Source: Eledone cirrhosa
Taxonomy: Eukaryota
Assembly (NCBI GenBank): GCA_964016885.1
Contig: OZ024743.1
Coordinates: forward strand, 187,798,001 to 187,862,000
Direction: 5' to 3'
DNA length: 64,000 nucleotides
Shown here: in pieces, positions 35,639 through 48,050 of the stretch
How positions within the stretch are numbered: the first letter of the stretch is position 1
Layout of the letters: each line of letters starts with the position of its first letter
Notes under the pieces: generated by a model
The model's input: only the letters and a program-made list of their open reading frames with translations
What the model was told of the DNA's origin: nothing
Databases searched by the model: none
Translations under genes and position numbers: made by a program

Positions 35639-38600
35639 AGGCAAAGGCCCAATCCGTAGTGACCCTAAGGAGCGAGGAAATGGTGTTGGTGCCCTCCTAC
35701 TGCGGGCAAAAAATTGTGAGGGTCAAACTGACCCCCCCCCCCCCCCGGGATGGCCCCCTCTTGGCTGGCCGCGTCTGTCCTCGTCGGGATCGAGGACAAA
35801 ACAACTGTACTGTAAGTACAGAAAAAATTAAGAGAAGATTGGGTCGGCACCTCCATTGAGATGTTAATCCAAACCAACCAGGAGTGCATCGAAGCTATCC
35901 CGGATGTGATAGACTTCGATAACGGCACTCAACTGCCCATAAGTGTTGAGGGCAAACGCCCGAAATGCTTTCGCTGTGGATCGAAGACTCACATCAGGGC
36001 CTTCTGCAACGAGAAGACCCTGAGAAAGGAGAAAACCCCCCTCCTTCCGAAACCGGCTCCACGGCTACCAGCAACAGGACAAGCGGCAACCAGGAACGAT
36101 AGGTCCGTGGCACCCATACCCACGCCACGGAAATCAAAAACAGCAGCAGCAGTGGAAGTATTAACAACAACAACAGCAATACCAAATGCAGCTGCAACAT
36201 AGACTCCAGTGCAAACATCACCAAAAACAAGTGAAAGAGTGGTACTGGTACCCCTCCCCGACCTCACAGAATCAGACATGGAGTGTGAGGTGGGAGAGGG
36301 ATGGCAAAAGGTCGTAAGAAGGCACAAACGCAGAAGCAGCGCATCGTCGCCTTTGAAAAGGGAGGAAAGAAATGAAAAAAGGGTAAAGGCTACTGCAAAG
36401 AGACTCACAGCAGCAACACCACCAACACCATCACCACCCACACTAGCACCACCATCACCACCGGCGACAACCACACCACCAACAACACCTTCAACACCAC
36501 CACCACAAGCACCAACATCGCAAACACAACAACAAAACACACACACCCAGCAACAACGACAAGAAAATAGCAGAACCACACCCCACCCCCAGAAAAACAA
36601 ATGCACGGCAATAAATACACACAACAAGAAACTAATGACTTACATAATTGAACACACAGACATTTCACAACACGACTACATAATACCAGCACCAATCAAA
36701 ACGCCAACTAACATAAGACTGCTAAAAATAGCACAGAAACAATACACAAACATTAAAACGAAATTCCCCAACGCAGTTGGTGATTTCAGAGACCTAGGAG
36801 GGACACTCAACCGAAGAGAATATTCGGATATACTCATAGAAGAGCCGACGACCATCCAAAGGGACGATTCAACGACCAGACGATCAAGTAAAAAGGGATG
36901 GAAAAACCATCCCTCCTCTACGAAAAGTAAGGTAAGTGGTCTTTCCCATCTTTTCCACTCTATTTTAAACATGACCTCACTCAGAATAGGCAGCATAAAT
37001 GCGCGTGGCTTGGGGTCGTCATGGAAGCAGGGTCACCTGCTCAACGACCTCAGGTCACTAAAGATAGATGTAGTGGCCATCAGCGAGACCAGAATCTCCG
37101 AAGCACGGGCCTTCGCACCGATCTTCGGCGGCTACGATGTGTACGCATCTCCCAGCCGTCCTGGATCGGGGGGAGGAGTTGCTGTGCTTTTTCGGAGAGG
37201 TTTGGATCTCGCCATACGGGGCATCTTCCTGGACCCAGAGGGTAAGTTGGTGGTGCTGGACGTGACCAGCGGAGACGGGCAAGCTTTCAGGCTAGTTGCC
37301 GTCTATGCCCCGACAGGAGCAGGGCGGCCTGATTTCTTCCGGCGTCTGGAGACCTTTCTTGGAACGTCCCGCTCTTTAGTATTAGTGGGCGACTGGAACG
37401 GGATCTTAGATGCACGCTGGGATTGTGTGGGATTAGCGGATAGGGGTGGAGGGTGCAAGAGCCTCACCAACCTGCTCAGGCGTTTTGATCTGTCTGACAG
37501 GTACCGATTGGATTTCCCGAATGTGCCAATGTGGACTTGGACAAATCGCATAGGGTCATCCAGATCATATCTAGATAGAGTATTTTGTAGGGAAATAGAT
37601 AGGTCTAGCATAGGCTGTCCACAATTCAAGATAGTCAGCTACACGGACCACAAATTCGTGATCTGTGTGCTTGACTTAGATAGGCTTCATAGACGAGGAC
37701 CCGGCTACTGGAAGCTAAACGCGTCCTTACCAGCGCGCAAAGCCTACAGAGACCGGATTAGCGAACTAGTTAAGCGGGTGTTGACGGGGGCCATCGTCAA
37801 CAACAAGTGGTGGTTTGCTCTGAAAAGAGCGATTAGAATAGAATCGATTAGGTTTAGTAAGGCTTTAGCAATAGAGAAAAATAGAGCAGAGGGAGAACTA
37901 GTTAGAAAATTAGACGAGGCACTTAGCAAAGGCATTGCGACCGACGTGCTTGCGGCGAAATTGGCCCTTGATCAATTCTTCAATGCAAAACACGAGGGCT
38001 GCGTTGTCAGAGCTAGGGTGCGTGCTCTCAGACACGAGGGGACGAAAGCCGTTCAATGGGCCCGAGTGGCGGAGGCGCGTCGTGGCAACAAAGCCACGAT
38101 CCGGTCTTTGGTGGACCACGACGGGCGCATGCTACTCGATCCCGGGAAAATGTGTGAAGCTTTTCAGCGACACTTCACTCAGCTGTTCGGGGGAAGCGGT
38201 GGGCCGGGTCGAGGGATAGACTTTAGTTTCTACCTCAACGGACTGCCGCGGCTCTCGACCACTGAGGCGGAGTGTTGCGAAAAGTCGATAACAGCCGCTG
38301 AAGTAAGGGAGGCAATGACTGGCTGCACAAGGGGTAAATCGCCTGGTTTGGATGGTCTGCCCTATGAACTTTACGTACAGATGCCAGACTTCTTCGGAGG
38401 CCTCTTGGCGGACGTCTACTGCAACTGGCAACAGAACGGGAGAATTTCCCAGTTCTGTGAGCCGAGGAGCGGTGGCACTGCTGAGAAAGGATCCGAACAA
38501 GGGGGATAACATAGATAATTTCAGGCCCATAACTCTGCTAAACACAGAGTTCAAGATTTTGGCCAAGGTGCTAGCAAAGAGGTTGGCGCTTGTCGTTGGT

Positions 38601-40321
38601 GGTCTGGTGGGAGAGGCGCAGACATGCGCTATTCCCGACAGATCCATCCACGACAACCTCCACCTCATGCGATACATCGTAGAGAGGGTAACTAGGGAAC
38701 CTGGCACGGGTGGATCCTTGATCAATTTAGATCAGTCGAAAGCTTTCGATAGGGTCGACCATCGTTACCTAGCGGCAGTCCTGAGGGCGGCTGGCTTTCG
38801 GCCCGTCTTCAGAGGCTGGATCGCTGCCATGCACAGCGACACCTGCTCTGTGGTGAGAGTGAACGGTCACCTTTCGGAACCGTTCAACATCATGCGCTCG
38901 GTCCGCCAAGGATGACCCTCTCGTCCCTCTTGTACGTATTGACTCCCGAGCTATTACTGCACAAACAGGAGACGTTGAGGGGCGTCCCGCGCGAACTAGG
39001 ATGCGGAAGATCCGTGTCAGCATATGCGGACGATGTCACCGTAGTGGTGTCGAACGCCAAACACATCGAGGCGATCGGCACCACACTAAGAGAATACGAA
39101 GCGGTGACAGGAGCAATGATCAACCAGGAAAAGTCAGTGGGCCTGCAGCTCGGCACCTGGAGATGCAGGTCCATGCCGTCCAACAGCGTCGTCGGACGCT
39201 GGACGGACGGACCGATTAAATTGCTAGGGGTCTGGTTCGGCTACGACATCTCCACCTCTTCCTCGACGGTGATCAGGTGTGGTCGCCGTTTGCTAGACAC
39301 GTATTTCCCCAGCTCGTTTCCTTTACAAAGCTGCAGTCCTGGGTCAAGCGAAGACCGAGAGGGAGCGCCTGGAGACTAGAATGTCTTCAGGCGCTCACAG
39401 CCCTCGAACAATCGGGCAATGTGATCGGTGGAAACTCCACCTCGGCGTTCTATAGAGGATTAGTGGAGGCGAAGAGCGACGACGTACATGGGGAAACTCT
39501 AGGCGTCGACGAAAATCAACTAGCCAATCTCTTCGGAAGAACTTTCGGGCCGGGGCCTATGGACAACTTCCAGAAATCTCTGGCCTGGCAGTGCTACCGA
39601 GGAGCCTTGCCAGTTCGGGATAAACTCTACAGGTATGGTAGTGCCGTCAGGCGGGCATGTCCGAGATGCGCGCAAGGCGACGAAACCGTCCTGTACGCAC
39701 TCGTCCAGTGTCCGAAAATTGCTGACTTGTGGGTTTATGTCGAACACCTGCTGTCGCGTTTAGGACGGATCCGGCTATCATCTGAGTCCATCGTGAGGAT
39801 TGCCCCGCCCTCCTCCTTTAGCCGGGAAGGGCAGGCAGTTTTTATCTGTCTGGTGGCCATGGCGAAAGAGATAGTATGGTGTACACGTTTGAAAGGGCTG
39901 AAGACGACCACTTACCTCTTCGGTGATGCTCTGAATGAGTTTTTCAAATTTCATTTGAAAAGGAAAATCAGAGTAGAGAGGGAAGTGCTCTCTTCCCAGC
40001 ATTTTGTTGAAAGATGGGTGAGAGAAGCAAGAATGGCCCAAGTGAATGGGCCTACTCTGAGTATATATCTGTAAATTAAAGGTGGAAAACTGGGAGAGGG
40101 CGCTTGCCTTGGTGGTCTGGGTCATTGTGGCCTTTTACTGGGCTTTCTCCACAAATGTCCCTCCGAAGTCTCCCCCCTATTGGGGAATTTTTCATTGTTA
40201 TTTTTTGTTACATCCTCTGTTTTTGTTTTTTACACGCAGAAATGCCCATTTGTACCGTCCTGTATTGTCCTGCACTGTCCTAATGTCTACTTTATGTAAA
40301 CCCTTGTGGTTAATAAAGAAA
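35639..40321 (+). mobile_element. Tx1/L1-clade LINE copy A (5'-truncated in ORF1, internal deletion in ORF2)
   Basis: ORF1 relic with CCHC knuckle CFRCGSKTHIRAFC. ORF2 from ATG 36971 has APE (SINARGL, ISETR, VYAP, GDWN, YLDR, TDH), RT (KSPGLDG, DQSKAFDRV, AYADD) and C-terminal CPRC...C. AATAAA then (TTA)n. Confidence 0.95.
36971..40074 (+). pseudogene. Tx1 ORF2 (APE-RT-zinc finger), frameshifted
   Basis: ORFs 36209-38509, 38352-38915, 38912-39379 and 39277-40074 are successive pieces. Confidence 0.9.
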
Positions 40322-40379
<58 letters not shown>

Positions 40380-40886
40380 TCTTTGAGTCTCAGTCATTGA
40401 TGTTAGTTAACTGGAAAGTTTGTTGAAATGAATATCAAGCCACTATCTGCAGCCTCAGATATTCAGGACGTATCGGAGGGTTCTTGCTGTTCCCAGCAAG
40501 CATGCCTTTTGAAGCGTTCCCAAAAGCGTGAAGGGGCCAATTTTCTTTAACCATACCTGGAAACTTTTTGAGATTGTCCCTAGTGCGCCTATGACAATCG
40601 GGACCACTTTGACTTCATGGCAGTTCCAAATCCTTTTTACCTCCCACTTTAAGTCCTGGTATCGGTTAATTTTCTCCCTCTCCTTCTCTTGCACTCTCGT
40701 GTCGAATGGGCAGGCCACATCCACAATCAGGCACGATCTTTTTTCTTTGTCCAAAACCACCAGGTCAGGTCTATTGTGTTCCAGTTTCTTGTCCGTCTGT
40801 ATCCTAAAATCCCACAGCACCTTCACCTGATCGTTTTCTATCACCGCCTCTGGCTTATGCTCATACCACTTCTCAGAATGTGGTAA
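40380..40886 (-). mobile_element. R4/Dong-type RLE retrotransposon 3' fragment (copy 2), open RLE frame
   Basis: Open frame 40455-40886 reads PHSEKWYEHKPEAVIENDQVKVLWDF...RPDLVV...DVACP...EKINRYQDL...PIVIGALG. Flanked by (TTA)n on both sides. Confidence 0.92.
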
Positions 40887-40895
40887 ATTGTTTAC

Positions 40896-40929
<34 letters not shown>

Positions 40930-41438
40930 GGCGACCTACGTAGTAAATCGTATCATCGTGAGCTCCGCAAAGGTGTGTTATTTCCGTTTGTTAAAAATTG
41001 TCATTTATGGAAAATTTTATTGTTAACTGTTTATAAGCGCACATACATTGTTTTCTGAAAAGGACACCCAAAAATATTGGGGCCTTGTGCCCAAAATTTA
41101 AACTTTTATTATTATCAAAAAAATTTCTTTGAAAAAAATGGCTAATTCACCTCTGCACGAAGCAGCTGAAAGCCTTCCTCACAAATTAACACCTCACACC
41201 GATACCACCATTGTAAATGTTACTACGTTTGCCAACACAAAAAAAAAATATAAGCACTAGCAATATTTTAAATTTGTCTCAGGCAGACATTCATTTCCCG
41301 CCATTACCAATGACTGCAGGTGTTAAAGCCTCCACCACCACCACCACCGCGACAACCACCACCACCACCACCGCGACAACAGAAACAAAAGAAGAAAAAA
41401 ATAAATTAACTCGTGATGTCGAAATGTAATCAAGCAAA

Positions 41439-43127
41439 ATGGACTCTTCCCCACCAAAGACGGCCGACGTCACCACCACCACAACTGAAACTAAAATTAA
41501 TATTAACGATAGCAACAACAACAACAATGACATTATAACCCCCCCCCCCCCCCCCCCCTTCAGTTTCGCCAGAGTAGCAAAACAGTTCGAAGCATTTACG
41601 GTAACTCAGGAGGATTTAGAAAACGCCAAACAACAAATGTTAAAGAAAAATGGGTACAGGGTCAGCCTCACCCCCTCACCTAATAAAATGGAGCATTGGC
41701 GCCTATGCACCGTGTCGTATAGAACAATAAATGTAAAATCGCGCCGAGTGGAACGGGCATCCGGGTCCCAAATCCAAAAAGCTTTGGGACATGTGTGGGC
41801 AAGAAAAACCCACATCAGACGTGGGCAAAAATATGGAACCGTGCACGTGTTCTTTGAAACACCAGAGGAGGCTAGAGAACACTCCATGGCCCCATTAAGA
41901 AGTGACGACTTCACACTCGTCCCAAGCTATTGTGGCCAGAGACTCGTAAAGATCAGGGTGACCCACGTTCCACCGGCCATCGAAAGTCCCTGGCTAATAG
42001 CGGCTGTCCTCGCCGGCATCGAAGCCAACACGAAAATAATAGCAATAGCAAAAGAAAAGCAGGAGAACTGGTCTGGTTCTGGGATGGACCTCCTGATCCA
42101 AGCGGACCAAAAAAGCATTGAGGAGATCCCAGAGGTAATAGACCTCACTGACGGCAGCCACCTCACGGTAATTGTCGAGGGCAGAAGACCTAGGTGTGTC
42201 GTTTGTGGTGAAGGAACCCACCTAAGGGCTTTCTATCCTCAGGCTAAAAGGTTGAGGCCACCTCTCCTACTCACCCCAGTGACACAACCACCAACACCAC
42301 CAGTAGCAGAGATGGCAGCAACAACTGTAGCAGCAACAACTGTAGCAGCAACAACAGAAGCAACTATAACAGCAACAACCCCAGCAACAGTAGCAAAACC
42401 AACACCACCACCACCCAACGCTTCAGAACTAGCACCAGCGCCTACACCATCCACCACGCCACAACCAAAACTAACGGCTGTGGAGGATTTTCCACTCCCC
42501 GGCCTATCACAACTGGAGACAGATTGTGACGACGAGGAGTGGGAAACGATATCCGGAAAAAAAAAAAAAGAAACCAAAAAAGAAAAAAATTCTCTTCCTT
42601 CCCCCTCCAAAAACAAAATACAGAGGGAAACAAATAAATTAAGAAACAAAAAAGTTAGGACAGATATGCCACCATCCACACCAGCATCACCAACCCCATC
42701 AACCCAAACACCAACACCATCACCATCATTAACCCCAACACCACCATCACCTACACCACAAAAGTCACCAAAATGCGAAACAGAAACAAACCCACAACAA
42801 ACGCAAACAAAACAAAACAACCAAAACGATACACACTGCACAGCATTAAATTTGAACAACAAGCAATTATTACACTACATCCAACACAACACCAGCATCA
42901 CAGAAAAAGACTACACAACAACCCCAAAATTCACACCACCTCCACACATACAAATCACTCGCATCACACAGAAAACGTACATGACACTAAGACAAAAATT
43001 CCCCAAAGACATCGGAGACTTCCGACAAGCACTCTCCAGGAGGATTTATAAGGACAACCTTCCTGAGGAGGCCACAAGCAGTGAAAAGGATGGAAAAACC
43101 ATCCTTCCCCTACGAGAAGTAAGGTAA
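41439..43127 (+). CDS. Tx1 ORF1 (gag-like; RRM-like region, degenerate CCHC knuckle, Pro/Thr-rich linker)
   Basis: 562-aa open frame directly upstream of ORF2. SFARVA motif and CVVCGEGTHLRAFY knuckle (last Cys lost). Confidence 0.82.
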   Translation: MDSSPPKTADVTTTTTETKININDSNNNNNDIITPPPPPPFSFARVAKQFEAFTVTQEDLENAKQQMLKKNGYRVSLTPSPNKMEHWRLCTVSYRTINVKSRRVERASGSQIQKALGHVWARKTHIRRGQKYGTVHVFFETPEEAREHSMAPLRSDDFTLVPSYCGQRLVKIRVTHVPPAIESPWLIAAVLAGIEANTKIIAIAKEKQENWSGSGMDLLIQADQKSIEEIPEVIDLTDGSHLTVIVEGRRPRCVVCGEGTHLRAFYPQAKRLRPPLLLTPVTQPPTPPVAEMAATTVAATTVAATTEATITATTPATVAKPTPPPPNASELAPAPTPSTTPQPKLTAVEDFPLPGLSQLETDCDDEEWETISGKKKKETKKEKNSLPSPSKNKIQRETNKLRNKKVRTDMPPSTPASPTPSTQTPTPSPSLTPTPPSPTPQKSPKCETETNPQQTQTKQNNQNDTHCTALNLNNKQLLHYIQHNTSITEKDYTTTPKFTPPPHIQITRITQKTYMTLRQKFPKDIGDFRQALSRRIYKDNLPEEATSSEKDGKTILPLREVR

Positions 43128-43161
43128 GTGGTCTTTCCCATCTTTTCCACTCCTTTTCAAC

Positions 43162-46100
43162 ATGACCTCACTCAGAATAGGCAGCATAAATGCGCGTGGC
43201 TTGGGGTCGTCATGGAAGCAGGGCCACCTGCTAAACGACCTCAGGTCACTAAACATAGATGTAGTGGCCATCAGCAAGACCAGAATCTCCGAAGCACAGG
43301 CTTTCGCACCGATCTTCGGCGGCTACGATGTGTACGCATCTCCCAGCCGTCCAGGATCGGGGGAGGAGTTGCTGTGCTTTTTCGGAGAGGTTTGGATCTT
43401 GCCATACGGGCCATCTTCCTGGACCCAGAAGGTAAGTTGGTGGTGCTGGACGTAACCAGCGGAGACGGCCAAGCTTTCAGGTTAGTGGCCGTCTATGCCC
43501 CGACAGGAGCAGGGCGGCCTGATTTCTTCCGGCGTCTGGAGACCTTTCTTGGAACGTCCCGCTCTTTAGTGTTAGTGGGCGACTGGAACGGGATCTTAGA
43601 TGCACGCTGGGATTGTGTGGGATTAGTGGATAGGGAAGGAGGGTGCAAGAGTCTCACCAACCTGCTCAGACGTTTTGAACTGTCTGACAGGTACCGAATG
43701 GATTTCCCGAATGTACCAATGTGGACTTGACCAAATCGCATAGGGTCATCCAGATCATATCTAGATAGAGTATTTTGTAGGGAAATAGATAGGTCTAGCA
43801 TAGGCTGTCCACAATTCAAGATAGTCAGCTACACGGACCACAAATTCGTGATCTGTGTGCTTGACTTAGATAGGCTTCATAGACGAGGACCCGGCTACTG
43901 GAAGCTAAAACGCGTCCCTACCAGCGCGCAAGGCCTACAGAGACCGGATTAGCGAACTAGTTAAGCGGGCGTTGACGGGGGCCATCGTCAACAACAAGTG
44001 GTGGTTTGCTCTGAAAAGAGCAATTAGAATAGAGTCCATTAGGTTTAGTAAGACTTTAGCAATAGAGAAAAATAGAGCAGAGGGAGAATTAGTTAGAAAA
44101 TTAGACGAGGCGCTTAGCAAAGGCATCGCGACCGACGTACTTGCGGCGAAATTGGCCCTTGACCAATTCTTCAATACAAAGCAAGAAGACTGCGCTGTCA
44201 GAGCTAGGGTGCGTGCTGTCAGACACGAGGGACGAAAGCCGTTCAATGGGCCGAGTGGCGGAGGCGCGTCGTGGCAACAAAGCCACGATCCGGTCTTTGG
44301 TGGACCACGACGGATGCATGCCACTCGATCCCAGGAAAATGTGTGAAGCTTTTCAGCGACACTTCGCTCAAATGTTCGGGGGCAGCGGCGGGCCGAATCG
44401 AGGGATGGACTTTAGTCTCTACCTCGACGGATTGCCGCGGCTCTCGGCCACTGAGGCAGAGTGTTGCGAAAAGCCGATAACAGCCGCTGTAGTATGGGAG
44501 GCAATGACTGGCTGCACATGGGGTAAATCACCTGGTTTGGATGGTCTGCCCTATGAACTTTACGTACAGATGCCAGACTTCTTCGGAGGCCTCTTGGCGG
44601 ACGTCTACTTCAACTGGCAACAGAACAGGAGAATTCCCAGCTCTGTGAGCCGAGGAGCGGTGGCACTGCTGAGAAAGGATCCGAACAAGGGGGATAACAT
44701 AGATAATTTGAGGCCCATAACTCTGCTAAACACAGAGTTCAAGATTTTGGCCGAGGTGCTAGCAAAGAGCTTGGCGCTTGTCGTTGGTGGTCTGGTGGGA
44801 GAGGCGCAGACATGCGCCATTCACGACAGATCCATCCACGACAACCTCCACCTCATGCGATACATCGTAGAGAGTGTAGCTAGGGAGCCTGGCACGGGTG
44901 GGTTCTTGATCAATTTAGATCAGTCGAAAGCTTTCGATAGGGTCGACCATCGTTACCTAGCGGCAGTCCTGAGGGCGGCTGGCTTTCGGCCCGTCTTCAG
45001 AGGCTGGATCGCTGCCATGCACAGCGACACCTGCTCTGTGGTGAGAGTGAACGGTCACCTTTCGGAACCGTTCAACATCATGCGCTGCGTCCGCCAAAGA
45101 TGTCCCCTCTCATCCCTCTTGTACGTATTGACTCTCGAGCCATTACTGCACAAACTGGAGACGTTGAGGGGCGTCCCGCGCGAACTAGGATGCGGAAGAT
45201 CCGTGTCAGCATATGCGGACGATGTCACCGTAGTGGTGTCGAACGCCAAACACATCGAGGCGATCGGCACTGCACTAAGAGAATACGAAGCGGTGACAGG
45301 AGCAATGATCAACCAGGAAAAGTCAGTGGGCCTGCGGATCGGCACCTGGAGAGGCAGGTCCATGCCGTCCAACAGCGTCGTCGGACGCTGGACGGATGGA
45401 CCGGTTAAATTGCCAGAGGTCTGGTTCGGTCCGCCCTCCAGACAGACAAAAACTGGGACGAGGTGACGAGCAGGGTGGCTTCTCTCACCCAAAAATGGGC
45501 GGAGAGGAAGCTATCCCTGAAAGGTCGAGCGGAGGTTTCTAACGCGTACATCGCGTCTGTCATCTGGTACCGCCTGACCGTCGTACCTTGTCCTAATTGC
45601 CGCCTGACTGCGCTGGAGCGTTTGCTCTTTCGCTTTTTGTGGAAGGGACGCGCTCCGATGATCAGGCGGTCCATCTGTTGTCAACACCCGCTACGTTGAG
45701 GGCTGGGCATGTCCTGGTTGATGATGCGCAGACACGCGCTCAGGCTACGACATCTCCCCCTCTCCCTCGACGGTGATCAGGTGTGGTCGCCGTTTGCTAG
45801 ACACGTCTTTCCCCAGCTCGTTTCCTTAACGGAGCTGCAGTCCTGGGTCAAGCGAAGACCGAGAGGGAGCGCTTGGAGACTGGAATGTCTTCAGGTGCTC
45901 ACAGCCCTCGACCAATCGGGCAATGGGATCGGTGGAAACTGCACCTCGGCGTTCTATAGAGGATTAGTGGAGGGGAAGAGCGACGACGTACTTGGGGAAA
46001 CTCTAGGCGTCGACGAAAATCAACTAGCCAATCTCTTCGGAAGAACTTGCGGGCCGGGGCCTATGGACAACTTCCAGAAATCTCTGGCCTGGCAGTGCTA

Positions 46101-46578
46101 CCGAGGAGCCTTGCCAGTTCGGGATAAACTCTACATGCATGGAGGTGCCGTCAGGCGGGCATGTCCGAGATGCGCGCAAGGCGACGAAACCGTCCTGCAC
46201 GCACTCGTTCAGTGTCCGAGAATTGCTGACTTGTGGGTTTATATCGAACCCCTGCTGTCGCATTTAGGGTGGATCCGGCTATCAGCTGAGTCCATCGTGA
46301 GGATTTCCCCGCCCTCTACCTTTAGCCGGGAAGGGCAGGCAGTTTTTATCTGTTTGGTGGCCATGGTGAAAGAGATAGTATGGTGGATACGTTTGAAAGG
46401 GCTGACGACGAGCACTTACCTCTTCGGTGATGCCCTGATTGACTTTTTCAAATTTCATTTGAAAAGGAAGATCAGGGTAGAGAGGGAAAGGCTCTCTTAC
46501 CAGCATTTTGTTGAAAGATGGGTGAGAGAAGCAAGTATGGCCCGAGTGAATGGGCCTACTCTGAGTATGTGTCTGTAA
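43162..46578 (+). pseudogene. Tx1 ORF2 (APE-RT-CCHC), frameshifted
   Basis: Pieces 43162-43455, 43128-43730, 43972-44346, 44141-45466, 45463-45699 and 45709-46578. CPRCAQGDETVLHALVQC. Confidence 0.9.
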
Positions 46579-47579
46579 ATTAAAGGTGGAAAACTGGGAG
46601 AGGGCACTTGCCCTGGTGGTCAGGGTCACTGTGGCCTTTTAATGGGCTTTCTCCACAAATGTCCCTCCGAAGTCTCCCCCCTATTGGGGAATTTTTCATT
46701 GTTATTTTTTGTTACATCCTCTGTTTTTGTTTTTTACACGCAGAAATGCCCATTTGTACCGTCCTGTATTGTCCTGTACTGTCCTTAATGTCTACTTTAT
46801 GTAAACCCTTGCGGTTAATAAAGAAAGCATTATTATTATTATTGATGTTCTTATTTTTGTTTTTGTCATCATCATCATAATCCATAATAATAATAATAGT
46901 AATATGGTGGAGTATTTTTTCTTCTTCATTTCAAGTAATTAACAATTTTCTAACAATTTATAGCATTTACTGAGGAATAATCAATTTGATATGGTAATCG
47001 TATACACCAACAGCTATGAGTGCCATTTTCCCTCTAATTGTTGTTAAAGGTCAAAACTATCTGCTTATATATTTCCTTTTGTTTTCACTTTTGAAATGTG
47101 ACAACCATTAAGAAAGAATACCTAGCAATTAAACAGTATCATGCCTATATTAAATGTAAACCATCATTCATAATTTCAATCATCATCAGCACGATCAGCA
47201 TTGTATAAAGCGATCCTCTTCAAAATCACTCTACCTGCTAGAAATAGAAGCCAAATTGCCCTCAAATCTCATCTTACCTTCTTATAAAAGAAAGGACACA
47301 TTGGATAAAGCCGATAAAAAATATCAGGGTAACAATTAGGACATTCAAATTCAAATGCATACAACATATATACCCATTCAACAATATACACAGAAGGATA
47401 TGTTGCTTTTATTAAAGCACAATTGGAATTTAAGAGAAAAAAATATAGATATAAATAGAAATTGGGATATGATAGACAGTGCCACAATTTATATATACAC
47501 AAATATGTTCCCTGCACTTCTCAGAAATGTACAGTGTAATTATACAGCAAATATACTTACTAATTAAAATGAATGTGGT

Positions 47580-48050
47580 GATATCACACTGACATAAGGC
47601 ATGTTTGATGATAGGTAATACTCTAGGTCATGCATAAAATACTGAGATCTATGAGACATGCATTCACTTGAAGTATTTGTCAAGCACCAAACACTACTAC
47701 TTTACTCAAGCTCATAGATGAGCATGTCATTTCTAATACCACTGCCTTTTACCTGCATCATTTTTTCAAACAATTTGTTGAAAAAAAACACTTGCCAAGA
47801 TGAATAATCTATCAGGGACGTTTGGTAAACATTTGTAATGAAGCCCATAGATAATATCAAATTAACCAAGAACTTCTCGCGAAGAGTTAGGAAAAAGCTA
47901 TGATCAGTAGCATATCATGGCCTCCTGGAATTTGATGAAGATATAGTACCATTAGTCATCAATAACATCGTTGGATTAGCTAGTGAAGGGAAAATTTGGA
48001 ATATGAAAGATTTTGAGGAGATACTAAAGATACAGTGAAATTTTATCTGT
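47580..48050 (+). mobile_element. Highly decayed Tigger/pogo (DDE_1) transposase relic
   Basis: LMIGNTLGHA (cf. LILDNAPGHP), PNTTTLLKLIDEHVISNTTAFYLHHFF (cf. PNTTSLIQPMDQGVIATFKAYY) and an acidic NNIVGLA...FEEIL tail. Confidence 0.6.

Larger units (their letters stand above)
40930..46828 (+). mobile_element. Tx1/L1-clade LINE copy B, apparently full length, ORF2 disrupted
   Basis: 5' UTR after (TTA)n, ORF1 41439-43127, ORF2 from 43162 to 46578 with frameshifts and stops. 3' UTR matches copy A, then AATAAA. Confidence 0.95.

Noticed and set aside
36209-38509. Apparent 766-aa ORF1-ORF2 fusion in Tx1 A
   Set aside because: The conserved ORF1 end (RDGKTIPPLRKVR*) is in another frame as in copy B, so the fusion is most simply a frameshift mutation.
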